From: Takakia lepidozioides
Taxonomy: Eukaryota > Plantae > Bryophyta
DNA: 64,000 nucleotides
Assembly: GCA_030704615.1 (NCBI GenBank)
Contig: CM060734.1
Span: 13,578,001 to 13,642,000 of the forward strand
Direction of reading: 5' to 3'
Made by a program: the position numbers and the translations under genes. The notes under the pieces were generated by a model, which was not told the DNA's origin, searched no databases, and saw nothing but the letters and a program-made list of their open reading frames with translations. Of this stretch, positions 22,045 to 33,525 are shown in pieces (the first letter of the stretch is position 1; each line of letters starts with the position of its first letter).

Positions 22045-24985
22045 TTAAATGTGCCCTGGAGTGTTTGTGAGGAATTGCAGCGTTAGCTTGAACTTTTTCC
22101 AGCCACCGCGGTGCTCCTCCTCCATCCGGGAGCTGCTGTCATTGAGCGTACTCCGTGATTGGACGAACCTACTCGCAGAGTGCCACCGAAAACATAAAAT
22201 GCGAATGCGGTGCCGCATTTCGGAGACAAACCTCGTAACCAGGCTTCGCATACAAGGGCAGCTGTGCTTCACCTGTAAACAATTCGCATTGCAGCTTTCC
22301 CCGCTCCCTCCTGATGTGTAAACTCCACGCTCCTTCTTGCTGTCTGTAGCTCTCTGGCGAAAAGGTTGTCCTTGTACGCACATCTGAAACGTGTCACGTA
22401 GTCTTCCAATGTCTGTGTTCCATCCCATTTGACGTACAAGCCGAACGAATTTGTGTGCATTACGACTTGCTCCTTCGCATTCGACATTACCTGCGATTCC
22501 CAAATGCATTGTCACGTAGCAGTTCAGGGAATTCATTTCAGAAAAGCAAATATGGGGAAGTACCTTGAATTACCTGGAACCACCAAGTCATGCGGTTGAG
22601 CCACACATCCACTGCAGGGTCGGAAACTTCCAGTGGAAAAGACCACATTGTCCTTATGCTCTCGGATGCATTCCAGATCGACAGCCACCGTGTCTGCCAT
22701 TTCCGATCCAATGTCAGGAGCTGGAAGAGAGTGGCTATTGCTAGGAAGGAACTTCAGTGCATTGAAACCTCACCTTCTCTTTCGCCTCAACACATGCCGT
22801 TGAGAGGTGATGCAGTTTCTCCAATTGCATGGTCGGCTGCATGGCCCGAGAATAGTGTTTTGCAATCTCGGGGATGAAGTCCTTTCCAAGTGCCGGATCT
22901 GCAATTGCCACCAGCTTCACAAGCTTTGACTTGTATTTGGTTCTAGACTTGACACCGGCTTCCTTCAAGTGCTCAGTCAATGACTGCAACGTTTTCACCT
23001 GCCCCTCACTTTCCATGAAGAAGCGTTTGGCATGGGCCAAATCCAGCTTGATGTTTGACTGCCAACAAAAACATGCAGAAGCGTTACATTCGATTCATGT
23101 GGAAAGATTACTGGAAATTGGGGAAGGATGAACAGAGGGAAATCGGAGGACGACTTACTTCGTATATCACCTCCACCATTCCATCCATAGTGAGACGATA
23201 CCATGTCCGGTCTGTTTTTGCAACGGCTTTCTGAATGAGCTCGAGCTCCAGCATTTCCGCAAACATCTGCGGATCAGTGAGACCAGTTTTCCTCACCCTG
23301 TACAGCATATGTGCCATGTGGGTATGCACGTACGCATTCTCAGTGACCCTGCAAGGCACACTCTCCAGTTCAGTACACGGAAGCACGGAAACAAACCAGA
23401 TTGGAAACCGAAATGCGGCACCGCATTTCGAACGTGCTAGGGAGGGTATGAGTATCTTACGAGTTGAGGTCCGCCATGGCATTCCTGAGCAGGGAAGTGT
23501 CTGCCGCCTTCACCTTGAGGATGACACACTCCACCATGTAATGCCAGCCAATGTGCTTGGCATGGTTCTGCTTGATGTACTCCCACCAGGCAAGAAGTCG
23601 GTGATTCCCGTCCCACACAAAGAACATTTTACCCGACATATGGCCGAAGTCTGGATCACCCTTCAGCGTCGCCTCGAATTCGTGGTTGCGAGTGTGCCAG
23701 TGGGTATCCCACGTTGACAATTCATCGGCAGTGGGTCCACGAGTTTCGCCGTCCTCATTCTCAATGGAAACGTAAAACGCTGCCGATCCTAGACGGTACC
23801 CTTCTCGAAATGCGAACTTGAGCTTATCCACATCTCCGGGAAGGGCCTGCCTGACGATGGGAAGGGAGACCATGCGACAGAGTGGGATTCGAAGAGTCCG
23901 CTGGAATACCCTGCTGCCCAGAACTCTGCCAATGCTACTGTGTGTCTCCTCCAACATTTTATCCGCTGCACTTTTGAAATCCTCCGGAGACATGTCTGTA
24001 GGTGCCGGTAGTGGCTGAGCAGCTGGAGCATCCTCAACTGGAGCTGCACTCTGGGGCCTGTCTGCGGGCAATTCTGCCATTGCAGAGGCCTCCTCCGGGC
24101 CTGCTTGCTCATCGGTGGTGAGGTCTTGCTGCGAACGTTGAGCGGGCAGCACCCTCCTCCGGTACCAAATCGACAGAAACGATCGATCCCATTGCCTTCG
24201 CTGCAGCAGAGTCGGCCCCAACATCTGCAAGCGGGAAATCCTCCAGGAACTGAGCTTCAGCTCGTGGAAGCGGTTTTGCGGGAGATTGTTTGGCCGTCGC
24301 CCTGATTGCCTTCTGCTTCCTCATCCTTGCAGGTGAAGGTGGCTGCTGCAATTGAATCTGTCTTTTACCAGGCTGCTTCATTCGTGTTGGTGGGGGTGAA
24401 GCGGCCTGAGCCGGTTCAGAAACCAGTAGAGGGACGGGCTGCTTCTTCTTCGACTTTGCTGGAGAAGGGCCCGACCCCTGCTGGCGATTCTCCATGACCG
24501 AAGAACGCGAGTCGATCTCTGGGGCTTTGAACTTGCCCTTCGAAGCCGCGTCTTTGAAACGCACAGGGCTAGGCCCTGCAAGAATACCCGCGCTCGGGAT
24601 CGGGTGGGTGTACGTGCTGCAGCTAGCTCCTCGGACTCTTCCTGCGGCTCTTCGGATTCCTGCGAGCCCTCCAGCACGTCCACCTTTCCTGTTAGGCATG
24701 CAAACATGTTCTGCATTCAAGTCTCCTAGCATTCAGTCTAAGAATTACAGAAGCAAAATGGGGGGTTCGGTGCTCGATCAGCTGCGCGCAGCCCGATCGC
24801 ATGGAGCTCTCACTGGTGGCTGGGTTGCCTGAGTGGCCTGCTGCTCGGAGATGGCAATCTCCTCCTGTAGACGCATTTGCTTCCTCCCCTTCGGCATTGG
24901 CCTACGTCCGAAGTATAATTTTCGGAGCTTGCGACGAGGTCTCTTGTATGGTGCACGAACTCCCCCCCTCTCAGGTTCGAGCATA
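22045..24985 (-). pseudogene. Spliced ParB/Srx-like cargo gene of element B (no MTase domain seen)
   Basis: First exon RPRRKLRKLYFGRR, then a low-complexity linker, then LRIPLCRMVSLPIVRQALPGDVDKL...FYVS...WDGNHRLLAW (DGNHR 23598-23612), then exons VTENAY, IADPALG and LEKLHHLST. It contains frameshifts. Confidence 0.8.
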
Positions 24986-25329
24986 AGAAGAACAGAGACA
25001 GGGAAAAGGGGCAAAGAGTGCAGATGGAAAGGGCGCGAGAGGGGTGACTGAGGAGACACGACAAAAGTAGATGAAACGGCGGTGATGCACCACTTGGGTT
25101 CGAAAGGGTTGGACGAAAGTGTCTCCTCGTGGACTTTGCGTCATTACGAAATTCGAATCGTTCAGGGTACGCCTGCCGTCCGAAAAACAAACATCATTAT
25201 CCAACGGTCAGGCCGCGCCGACTCATGCCACTTCAGTCAGATAGAGTGCAGACATGTGCCGCAATTCCGTTGCTCTACGTGTTCACATTTTAAGGCATTT
25301 CCGTCCCAGCGTCTGATGAGTTGGAGTGA

Positions 25330-26610
25330 AAATGCGAATGCGGCGCCGCATTTCCGTTAAGTACCATCACGAAGCTACACATCCGTACTTGTTGGAAGAA
25401 AATGCGGCACCGCATTTCCGTTCCACCTTCACATACCTTAGTTGTTGAACGGAAATACGGTGCCGCATTTCCGTCCCACAGCTCCATGTATGAGATACAA
25501 AAGGGAAATGCGGCGCCGCATTTCCATTCAGGAATGTTGAAAGGTGCGATTCGGACGGAAATGCGGCACAACATTTCAGTTCCCGTGGTTCATGATTTTC
25601 AATCTGAATCGAAATACGGTACCGCATTTCCGTTCCCCCTTCACATACCTTAGTTGATGAACGGAAATGCCGTTCCACATTTCCGTTCGGGAAAGTATAG
25701 AGGTCTCACCTGAACAGAAATGCGGTGCCGCATTTCTTGTCTGGAAAGTTTGAAGGTCTCACATGGATGGAAATGCGGCACCACATTTCCGTCCCACAGC
25801 TCCAGGCCTCGTATACAAAACGGAAATGTGACGCCGCATTTCCGTTCGAGAATGTCGGAAGGTGCGACTCGGACGGAAATGCAGAGCCGCATTTCTGTTC
25901 CCGTTGTTCACGATTTTCAGTCAGAACGGAAATGCGGTACCGCATTTCCGTTCTGTAGAGTATTAAGGTCTGACCCTGGCGGAAATGCGGTGCCGCATTT
26001 TCGTTCCACAACTCCATGCCTCACATACAAAACGGTAATGCGGCGCCGCATTTCCGTTTTAAAATGTCGGAAGGTGCGACTCCGACAGAAATGCGGTACC
26101 GCATTTCAGTTCCGATGTTTCACGATTTTTCATCAGAACGGAAATGCGGTGCCGCATTTACGTTCTGGAATGTTGGGAGGTGCGACTCAGATGGAAATGC
26201 GCTGCCGCATTTCAGTTCCGATGGTTCACGATTTTCAGTCAGAACGGAAATGCGGCACCGCATTTCCGTTCTAGATAGTATGAATGTCTCAATCGGTCGG
26301 AATTGCACTCGGCTCCATGCATCAGATACAAAATGGAAATGCGGCGCCGCATTTCCGTTCTGGAATGTCGGAAAGTGCGACTCGGACGGAAATGCGGTAC
26401 CGCATTTCCGTTCCACCTTCACATACCGTGCTTGCTGGATGGAAATGCGTTACCGCATTTCCGTTCTGGAGAGTATAAAGGTTTCCCCCGGACGGAAACT
26501 CGGTGCCGCATTTCCGTCGTTCTGGTGCCTGACCAAGATGCAATACGGAAATGCGGCGCCGTATTTCCGTCCACCAGCAATCGAAAGAATCACTCGGGAC
26601 GGGAAATCTG
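25330..26610. repeat. Element B palindrome array (~53 bp period, ~23 copies)
   Basis: The 22-bp palindrome GGAAATGCGG-YR-CCGCATTTCC is separated by ~30-bp linkers that recur in a higher-order pattern. It lies between the divergent cargo and transposase genes. Confidence 0.95.
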
Positions 26611-26985
26611 GAACGTGAATGGGTTGCATTGTTCCGAAACAACACAATTGCGGCCAGTCTTGATGAGCACAACTTCGTTGTCTGACAGTTTTAACTAACA
26701 GTACTGGCACTTGTCAGTGCGAACGTTCCTGTCTGCACCAAGAATACTGCTGGATCCACCCTCAGGAGAAACTGTCAGGAGATGTTATTTCGTCGCCGAA
26801 TCGGCCATCATTGTCATACTTACTGGCTATGGAATCACACCTCCCACCTTCATGCATGTAGCTTGAAACAATACTTTCCACTTCAATGTGCGACTTCCAA
26901 TCGTCGATGGACTCCGCATGGTGCCTGTGAACCTTGGTCTGTCGCTATACTGAACCTCGCAATTGCCAACTTCGTGCGGTGTTCG

Positions 26986-29900
26986 ATGGCTCCGAATTCC
27001 TATGCTATAGTTTGCTGTCCTCCACAACTTGGGAGAGCCTGGATCCCAAACGAGGGAGGACTTTGCAGAGTGACTGAAACTTACCTTTGTTCCAAATTCA
27101 AGCTCAAACCGGGCACAGTTTATTTGGAAGAAGAAAGGAAGGATGTTCCTGGACAGGTTGACGAGACCATTGTCGTGCTAGGTAACGACGGAGGTTGCGG
27201 AATCGAATGGCACGTACCCCCATCAGACACCATCCTGTACCGAGCTGTGGGAATGCCCATTCCTTTCCGAATCAGTCGCTGCCCACACCATCCACAAAGG
27301 AGTCCGGAAACCGACAGGCGGCCACTGCCAACAGAGAGGTATGCAATGATAATCATTCCCGACCTGGACTGTCAAGACCCTCCATAGCTTCTCGTGTGGA
27401 CGTATTCGACATTTCCGACGAGGAAGATGATTGCATTGAGGTACCCATATCCTCCACACGGTCGTTCAAATCCGGCATGGACGTCTCTATAGGTGCTACG
27501 CATGTTTCGAGCATAACTCCAACCCGGTCTATTGTGCAGCTTCTACGACAACATCACCTCGATGGTTCTCGCTCCGAGCTGGCTGCTCTCGACTATGCCA
27601 AATTCCCAGTCAGAAAGGTAACGTTTCTGCCTCCCGAAGTCGATGGCAATGTCATCTTCGAGTTTCCACCTGTTTCTTTGTCAAACAAAGCCTCCGGGAT
27701 GTTAACAGACATGGATCGAAAGCATGACGGACACCCCTGGTGTGTGACGAAGACCAGTAGCACAAAAATTGCTGATGGTGTTCGTGTACGATATGTCCTC
27801 TGTGCGGGGAAGCTGAGGTGCCTCAATCCCACCTGCTTCCACTTTCTCTCCAAAGGAGGGCGGAGAAACGAGACGGATTGGACTGGCACAGCGCATCATC
27901 CATTCATTGTCTCCAGCCAAGCTCCTGCGGGTTCTTTCAAGTGTGCACATTGCAAAGAACCCCGACGTGCATGTCCATGTGCAGAGCCAAACAATATTAC
28001 GTAATCCATTTGCTCCCGGACTTGACTAGAGCTTGCATACACGTTGGGGTCCACTGCCACCCCTTGGCGAGAGGCAACATGCGTGAGGCTGTGCAGGAAG
28101 CACACGACATCATAAAAGAGGAGGTGAAATTGAGCCCCGGAGCCAGACTAAAGCAGATTCAGCTGAAGGCAGCCCACAAGATTGCTCTTGGCAAAATCAT
28201 GTCTGAAGATGGTTCCGACCGAGAGCCCTTGACCGAAGACGAGATGCGTGACCTCTTGGAGTCCGTCTCGCACGTTTGTAGTCCGAATGTGCGGAATCAC
28301 ATCGCATCTTGCAAGCAGGAGTTCGGCAGGGGGTCGGACATGTATTCAATCCTGGAGGTGAAACGAATGACTGGATATGACTACATCCAAGGTAGCAGGT
28401 TTCCAGGGCAAGGCAGCGAATCCGATCGTTGTTACATTTTCAAAATGTCGACGTGTGGGCCTGGGAGTGGAGTCAACTTGGTCACTCGCATGACAACTGG
28501 AAACTTGTCGAATGCTTGGGTGATGTTTGATCACATCAAGAGAATTACAAACCATCAGTGGGTGACTATGGGTGCGCATGTTTATGACTATCACTCCAAG
28601 AGGCTCATGACGATTGCAATCTGCGAGATGAAAGGGGAGGACACACAGTCCGAGATGCATCTGTGGGAGGGCATAAACGAGCAGATGACAAGGGCGGGAT
28701 TGCCAGAGCCCAATTTCAGGGGATTCATGGCAAACAACGCTCAGGCCAACTGGGCAGCGGTGCGGCGTGTGTACGGTGAGGACCCCAATGTTCTTATGGA
28801 GGGGAAAGAGAGATCCTGTGGATTCCATTGGATGCAGAGTCTATCCCACTACACGACCAAATTTGTTGCTAGCTCATTCCAGGCTGAACACCGTGTACGG
28901 TGTGGAAGGATGCACCCACATTTGATGACGCGGAGGTTAAGTTTTCTATCATCGAGGCTTGGTGGAACACGTCAGGTGCAGTGGAGACAACCAATCTGGG
29001 AGCATTGCACAGCTGGTTGGGGTGGTGGCATTTTTGGTATCGACAGTTCGGACAGTACATGCGGGAGGTAGGCTGCTGTCATTTTCGTTCATTTGTCTTT
29101 CTGTTACGGACATTTCGATTGATCCCCGGTTGAAGGCGACGGCGATCTGGAATTTCTTGGGCTTCCACTGCTGGAAGACACATTGTGCGGCAACGTGACG
29201 GGACCTCGAGGTGCTGTCCGAATGTTCCTGTCGGATCTCCAGGAAACCTCTTCGCACCCGGGTTCCTCTTCAATCCTCTGCCTCACAGGGCGAGTCCGGA
29301 CGTCCCCCTCTAGGTGTTCACCTCTGCGGTGCAGAGGCGTCCCTTTGATCTTCTCTCGCAATGCTGTCGCCCATTTCAGTGGATTCTTGGACCTCGAAGC
29401 TGTTCGTACCAACAATTCCTCCCTGTCTGGCCCAAAGCCCTATTGTTTGCCGCTCAGGAACTTGTAGTACGTGGCTTGCTGCATGATTGCTCTGTCGATG
29501 TCCTCCGTTGTGGCCGTCACTACGTCCACCAGATGTGCGGCAGAAGACGCTCGCCAGGATGAGTGGACCGATTCTGCCATATTCGTGTTCGGCATGTCCG
29601 TGTCGGAATCCAAGCACCGCTCCTAGAAGGACACAAACAATGGTGTTTGCGGAGGCGACAACCACCCAGTTCTGGTTCTGCAGGCACGACATTATGACTT
29701 GCGTGTATGGAAAGCCCAAGTACGGCATACAAACAATGCCAGAGGCTCCCCCGGTGTGGCCGGTGGAACCAGGCTGCGATCTGAGTCAGGTTGAGGCCGA
29801 CGCCCTTACCACCGCAGGATTTCAGATGGTGCAACGCACTGACGTCCCCAGACAACCATTTCCGCTTCCACTGCCTCCACCACCGACCCCTGTGAGAGCA

Positions 29901-30327
29901 AGAACAATGGGACACGACAGCTCTAAGCATCCTACACACCGTTGGGGGAAACCGAAGAGGCGGCGACCTCCCTCAAAAGTGAACGAGACAAGGATGGGGA
30001 ATGCACTTCGGATGAACTGTACAATCCAGAGCTCGACAGAAGTGCCCCCCACCAGGATTCGGGCGTGTGTATCAGATGGCCACGGCAGGCTCAGCTGTTC
30101 GCAATGAGGTGTACACCATCACCATTTCAGAATTACCCACCTGCAATTGCACCGACTTCCAGATCATGGCGAACAAGGGGGCATCATACTGCCCTTGCAA
30201 GCATTTGTACTACGTGTACCTAAAGAGACTCCGTTGTAATTCCACAACTCATCACTTCATACATGCACCAGGGTTGAGCCCCCAGGAGGTTCATACTCTT
30301 CTGAATATGGATCCAGGGGACCAGTGA
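26986..30327 (+). pseudogene. MULE-type transposase of element B (Cys/His-rich N-domain, DDE, SWIM), disrupted
   Basis: Shows DGHPWC...CAGKLRCLNPTC...CAHC...HVGVHCH, MFDH, GFMANN (D to N), CGFH, NTNMAES (on an inverted segment) and SWIM CNCTDF...CPCKH. It has several frameshifts. Confidence 0.85.
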
Positions 30328-31192
30328 GCTTGGCTTGCGGTCCCGATACAATGGTACGCCCATCCTTTTCGGATAGTAGAACTGTACTGCTGCCAATACC
30401 TCAGACTCTGGCCACAGAAAGGTCCGACATATGTCTTGCCTACCAGTAACCTGTTTTGCTCGAACTAAGATATTACTATATCGTTCACTTGTTTCCACGT
30501 GCATGTATTTTTGTATGTTGGAGGGTTCATGTTTTTCTGCTTTCCGAAAACTTGCTTTCCTCATTCGACCTCCGACAAGGAAATGCGGCGCCGCATTTCC
30601 AAGTATCGTCGTAGGTACTGGTAGAGGCGGCCTTCGCCAACACCAAACCGCTCCGAAATTTCGCACGTGCAAACCCTAATGCGGCACCTTATTTCCCAGT
30701 TCAGTTCCAAACCTTTCCTGCCGAATACCCGAAGAAGACAGAATTGTGAAGTACTGCAGACTCTATTGGTGCAGACTCCATTGGTTCAATCGCGGCAAAA
30801 GGGTCAGCTTCATTCCAATGTTAAGGCATGTAAAACCGCGGAATACTCTATACAGGCCAGTATGCGACGTCCTTTTGCAGTGGTATACTGGATTTCCCGT
30901 TGCACGGTCACTTATTTCCATGAGCGGATCTAAAAAACCATGAGCGGACTTGTTACTGACGACATATCTTCGCCGCATTACATGATCTGGAACGTCCAAA
31001 AACGGCAAGGTCAAATAAAAAACTATTATTTTAATACTTGTTTAATCTGCCGCATTTCCAAATTTGGAGGAGTCCGCTCATGAAATCCGCGTATCTTAGA
31101 CTTCGGCTCACCGCTCATGCGGCTCATGCGGCTCATGGCTCATGGCTCATGGCTCATGGCTCATGGTTTCTGCTCATGAAATAGTAAACCTC

Positions 31193-32128
31193 GTTTGAGC
31201 TGCCAGGTAAGTGTTCATTGATCATCAAATACATGCCCTTTGTGGCCGATTTCCAGATGAAAAAAACAATGAGAAGGTGGGCTCAAATAGTGTGCGCCAA
31301 CGCACACTATTCCAGCTACCAGGTAAGTGTTCATTGATCCTCAGAGACATGCCCTATGTGGCCGATTTTCAAACGAAAAAAACAATGACAAGGTGAGCTC
31401 AAACAGTGTGCTTTGACGCACACTGTTTGAGTTGCCAGGTAAGTGATGATTGATCCTCAAATACATACCCTATGTGGCCGATTTTCAGATGACAAAGGCA
31501 ATGACAAGGTGAGCTCAAACAGTGTGCGTTGATGCACACTGTTTGAGCTGCCAGATAAGTGATGATTGATCCTCAAATACATGCCGTTTGTGGCCGTTTT
31601 TCAGATGAAAAATCAATGAGAAGGTGGGCTCAAACAGTGTGCGCCAACGCACACTGTTTGAGCTACCAAGTAAGTGTTCATTGATCCTTAGAGACATGCC
31701 CTGTGTGGCCGATTTTGAAACGAAAAAAACAATGACAAGGTGAGCTCAAACAGTGTGCGTTGACGCACACTGCTGGAGCTACCAGGAAATTGATGATTGA
31801 ACCTCAAAGAGATACCCTGGCTGGGTAATTTTTTTGTGAGAAGAACAATGATAAGGGGGGCTCAAACAGTGTGTGTCAACGCACACTGTTTGAGCTTCCA
31901 AATAGTGGAGGATTGAACCGGGCATAGTGGCCCTATCTGGCCGTTTTGCACACCAACAACCAAGTAAAATGGGGGGCTCAAACAGTGTGCGTCAATGCAC
32001 ACTGTTTGAGCTTCCAATTCGTGGTGGATTGAACCTGCCCTAGTTCCCCAATTTGGCCGTTTCGCACATCAACAAGCAAGCAAAATGGAAGGCTCAAACA
32101 GTGTGCGTCAACGCACACTAATTGAGCT
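31193..32128. repeat. Element A palindrome satellite, right part (~8 copies)
   Basis: The same ~116-bp unit resumes in register after the TSD (GTTTGAGC|TGCCAGGTAAG). Confidence 0.95.
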
Positions 32129-32252
32129 TCTTGTTCGCGGTTGATGCAACCTGGCAGAGATGCCGTGTGTAGACTATGTTCATATCAAAATACAATCTCA
32201 ACTGGGGTTCACATCAGCAATGAAGCACAAAGGTGGTTTTCAAAGATTGTAC

Positions 32253-32651
32253 CTTTTTTCGGGCTGCTCCAGAAGACTCCCCACTCGCCGGGGACCCTTT
32301 GCGCTTCGGACTGCTCTCCACGCATCGCATGTTCTGGAGCATCTCCCCCATCCTCTCTTCCACTATGAGGTTCTTCGTGAGGCCAGCATCAACATCATCT
32401 TCGGCGTCTGTCTCTCCCTCGGATGCAATGTCCTCCTCACCTGTTCTTGGAACTATGGCAGGCTGCTGTTCTTCTCCGGATTCCTGCTCTTCCATCGCCA
32501 TACTTTCCTCTTTGCCCTCTTCTTCCGCCTTTTCCTCTTCGTCCACTCTTTCCATCCTCATTCTATATCTGGCTCTATTCCTGTTTCTAGAGCTCGTGAA
32601 GTATAATGACTTCCTTCTCTTCCTCCTCCGCTGGAAACAAGGGCTCCCCAC
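32253..32651 (-). pseudogene. Probable upstream exon of the element A cargo gene
   Basis: RRRKRRKSLYF resembles the first exons of B (RRKLRKLYF) and C (RRKLKALYY). The phase-0 donor AAG|GTAC at 32253 joins in frame to acceptor CAG|GAGAAGATG at 19090. Confidence 0.6.
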
Positions 32652-33525
32652 GATGCCTCTAGAGCTCTCCAGTTTGAGGTTTGCAACAAGGGTTGCTATG
32701 GCATGTAACCAAAATCAAAATTGTACATTGTCAACCGTATTTGGATGCGGGTGTTGTTATTGTGTGCGAACGGAATTCATCCATTTCGGCGTCTTTGTAT
32801 TATCCAAGAAATAAAGTGCTAGAAAATATGTACATCCGTTGCATGTACTTGTGATATATGTCAAATGTACTTCGCCACCTGCCAATACATGGCGGCCTTC
32901 TTGCATTCTTTCAAATTCGGAAGTGTCGTAGAAATCTAATGCTAGTTCAATTTCGAGCAGTTCTTGCAGATTCGCCAAAAATGTTATGCTTCACATATGC
33001 ATCCACGTGTGTCGTACTGCCTACCCTGTGGTTTGCATTTTGCCGTCATCGTCGCCATGGGGTCATTCGGTATAAAGGGTTGTGTCGGAAATGATCTTGT
33101 GTTGCACACATCCGTGCGAGGTGACTCTTGGAGTGTCAGTGTTTGTGCTGTGCTTTTCTGGCACAGCACAACCTCATTACATTCGGGGTCTTCCTGTTTA
33201 TTGCTCTCCAGGGTTGTTGCCGTCTTTCCATAATGGATGGTTTCATGTCATGTTCAGGGTTTGTTTTTCATCCAAAAACAGCACGGCTTCTTGTGGCTTC
33301 TTGTCTTTGAAAACAGTTTTTCTGGTTGATGTCTCTTAGCGTGGTTGTCTGCGAAGTTCAGTGCATGTCATTCCTACATCCTTTTGATGCATCGCCCGCA
33401 GCCTTTGGGTTAGTGCTACCCTTGTTGACCTCAATTTGTTTGTGGTGGATCCCCTTTCGAGAATTACGGGCTATCAGTTCGGGGATTCCGTTGTGAATCG
33501 CAACTTTCGGTCAGCGTAGGAAAAC

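Larger units (their letters stand above)
20615..31192 (+). mobile_element. MULE-like element B with both ends, 10,578 bp, 8-bp TSD
   Basis: Left end GGGGGCTGCTATTTCATGAGC and right end GCTCATGAAATAGTAAACCTC match at 17 of 21 positions as an inverted repeat. CATGAGC arrays occur at both ends. The TSD GTTTGAGC is at 20607-20614 and 31193-31200. Confidence 0.95.

Noticed and set aside
25330-26610. CRISPR-like appearance (palindromic repeat plus ~30-bp spacer), also at 61060-62940 and 19210-20614
   Set aside because: The spacers recur in a higher-order pattern instead of being unique, no cas genes are present, and the context is a eukaryotic transposon.
25290-26710. Many overlapping ORFs (EMRRRIS/GNAAPHF/KCGAAF), and similar ones at 61-63 kb and 19.8-20.4 kb
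   Set aside because: They are translations of the palindromic repeats in all frames.
20615-31192. Classification as hAT or Zisupton/KDZ because of the 8-bp TSD
   Set aside because: The transposase motifs (FD...MAD...CxxH...TxNxxES plus SWIM) and G-rich ends fit Mutator. No hAT dimerisation or KDZ motifs were recognised. A profile search would be needed to exclude them fully.
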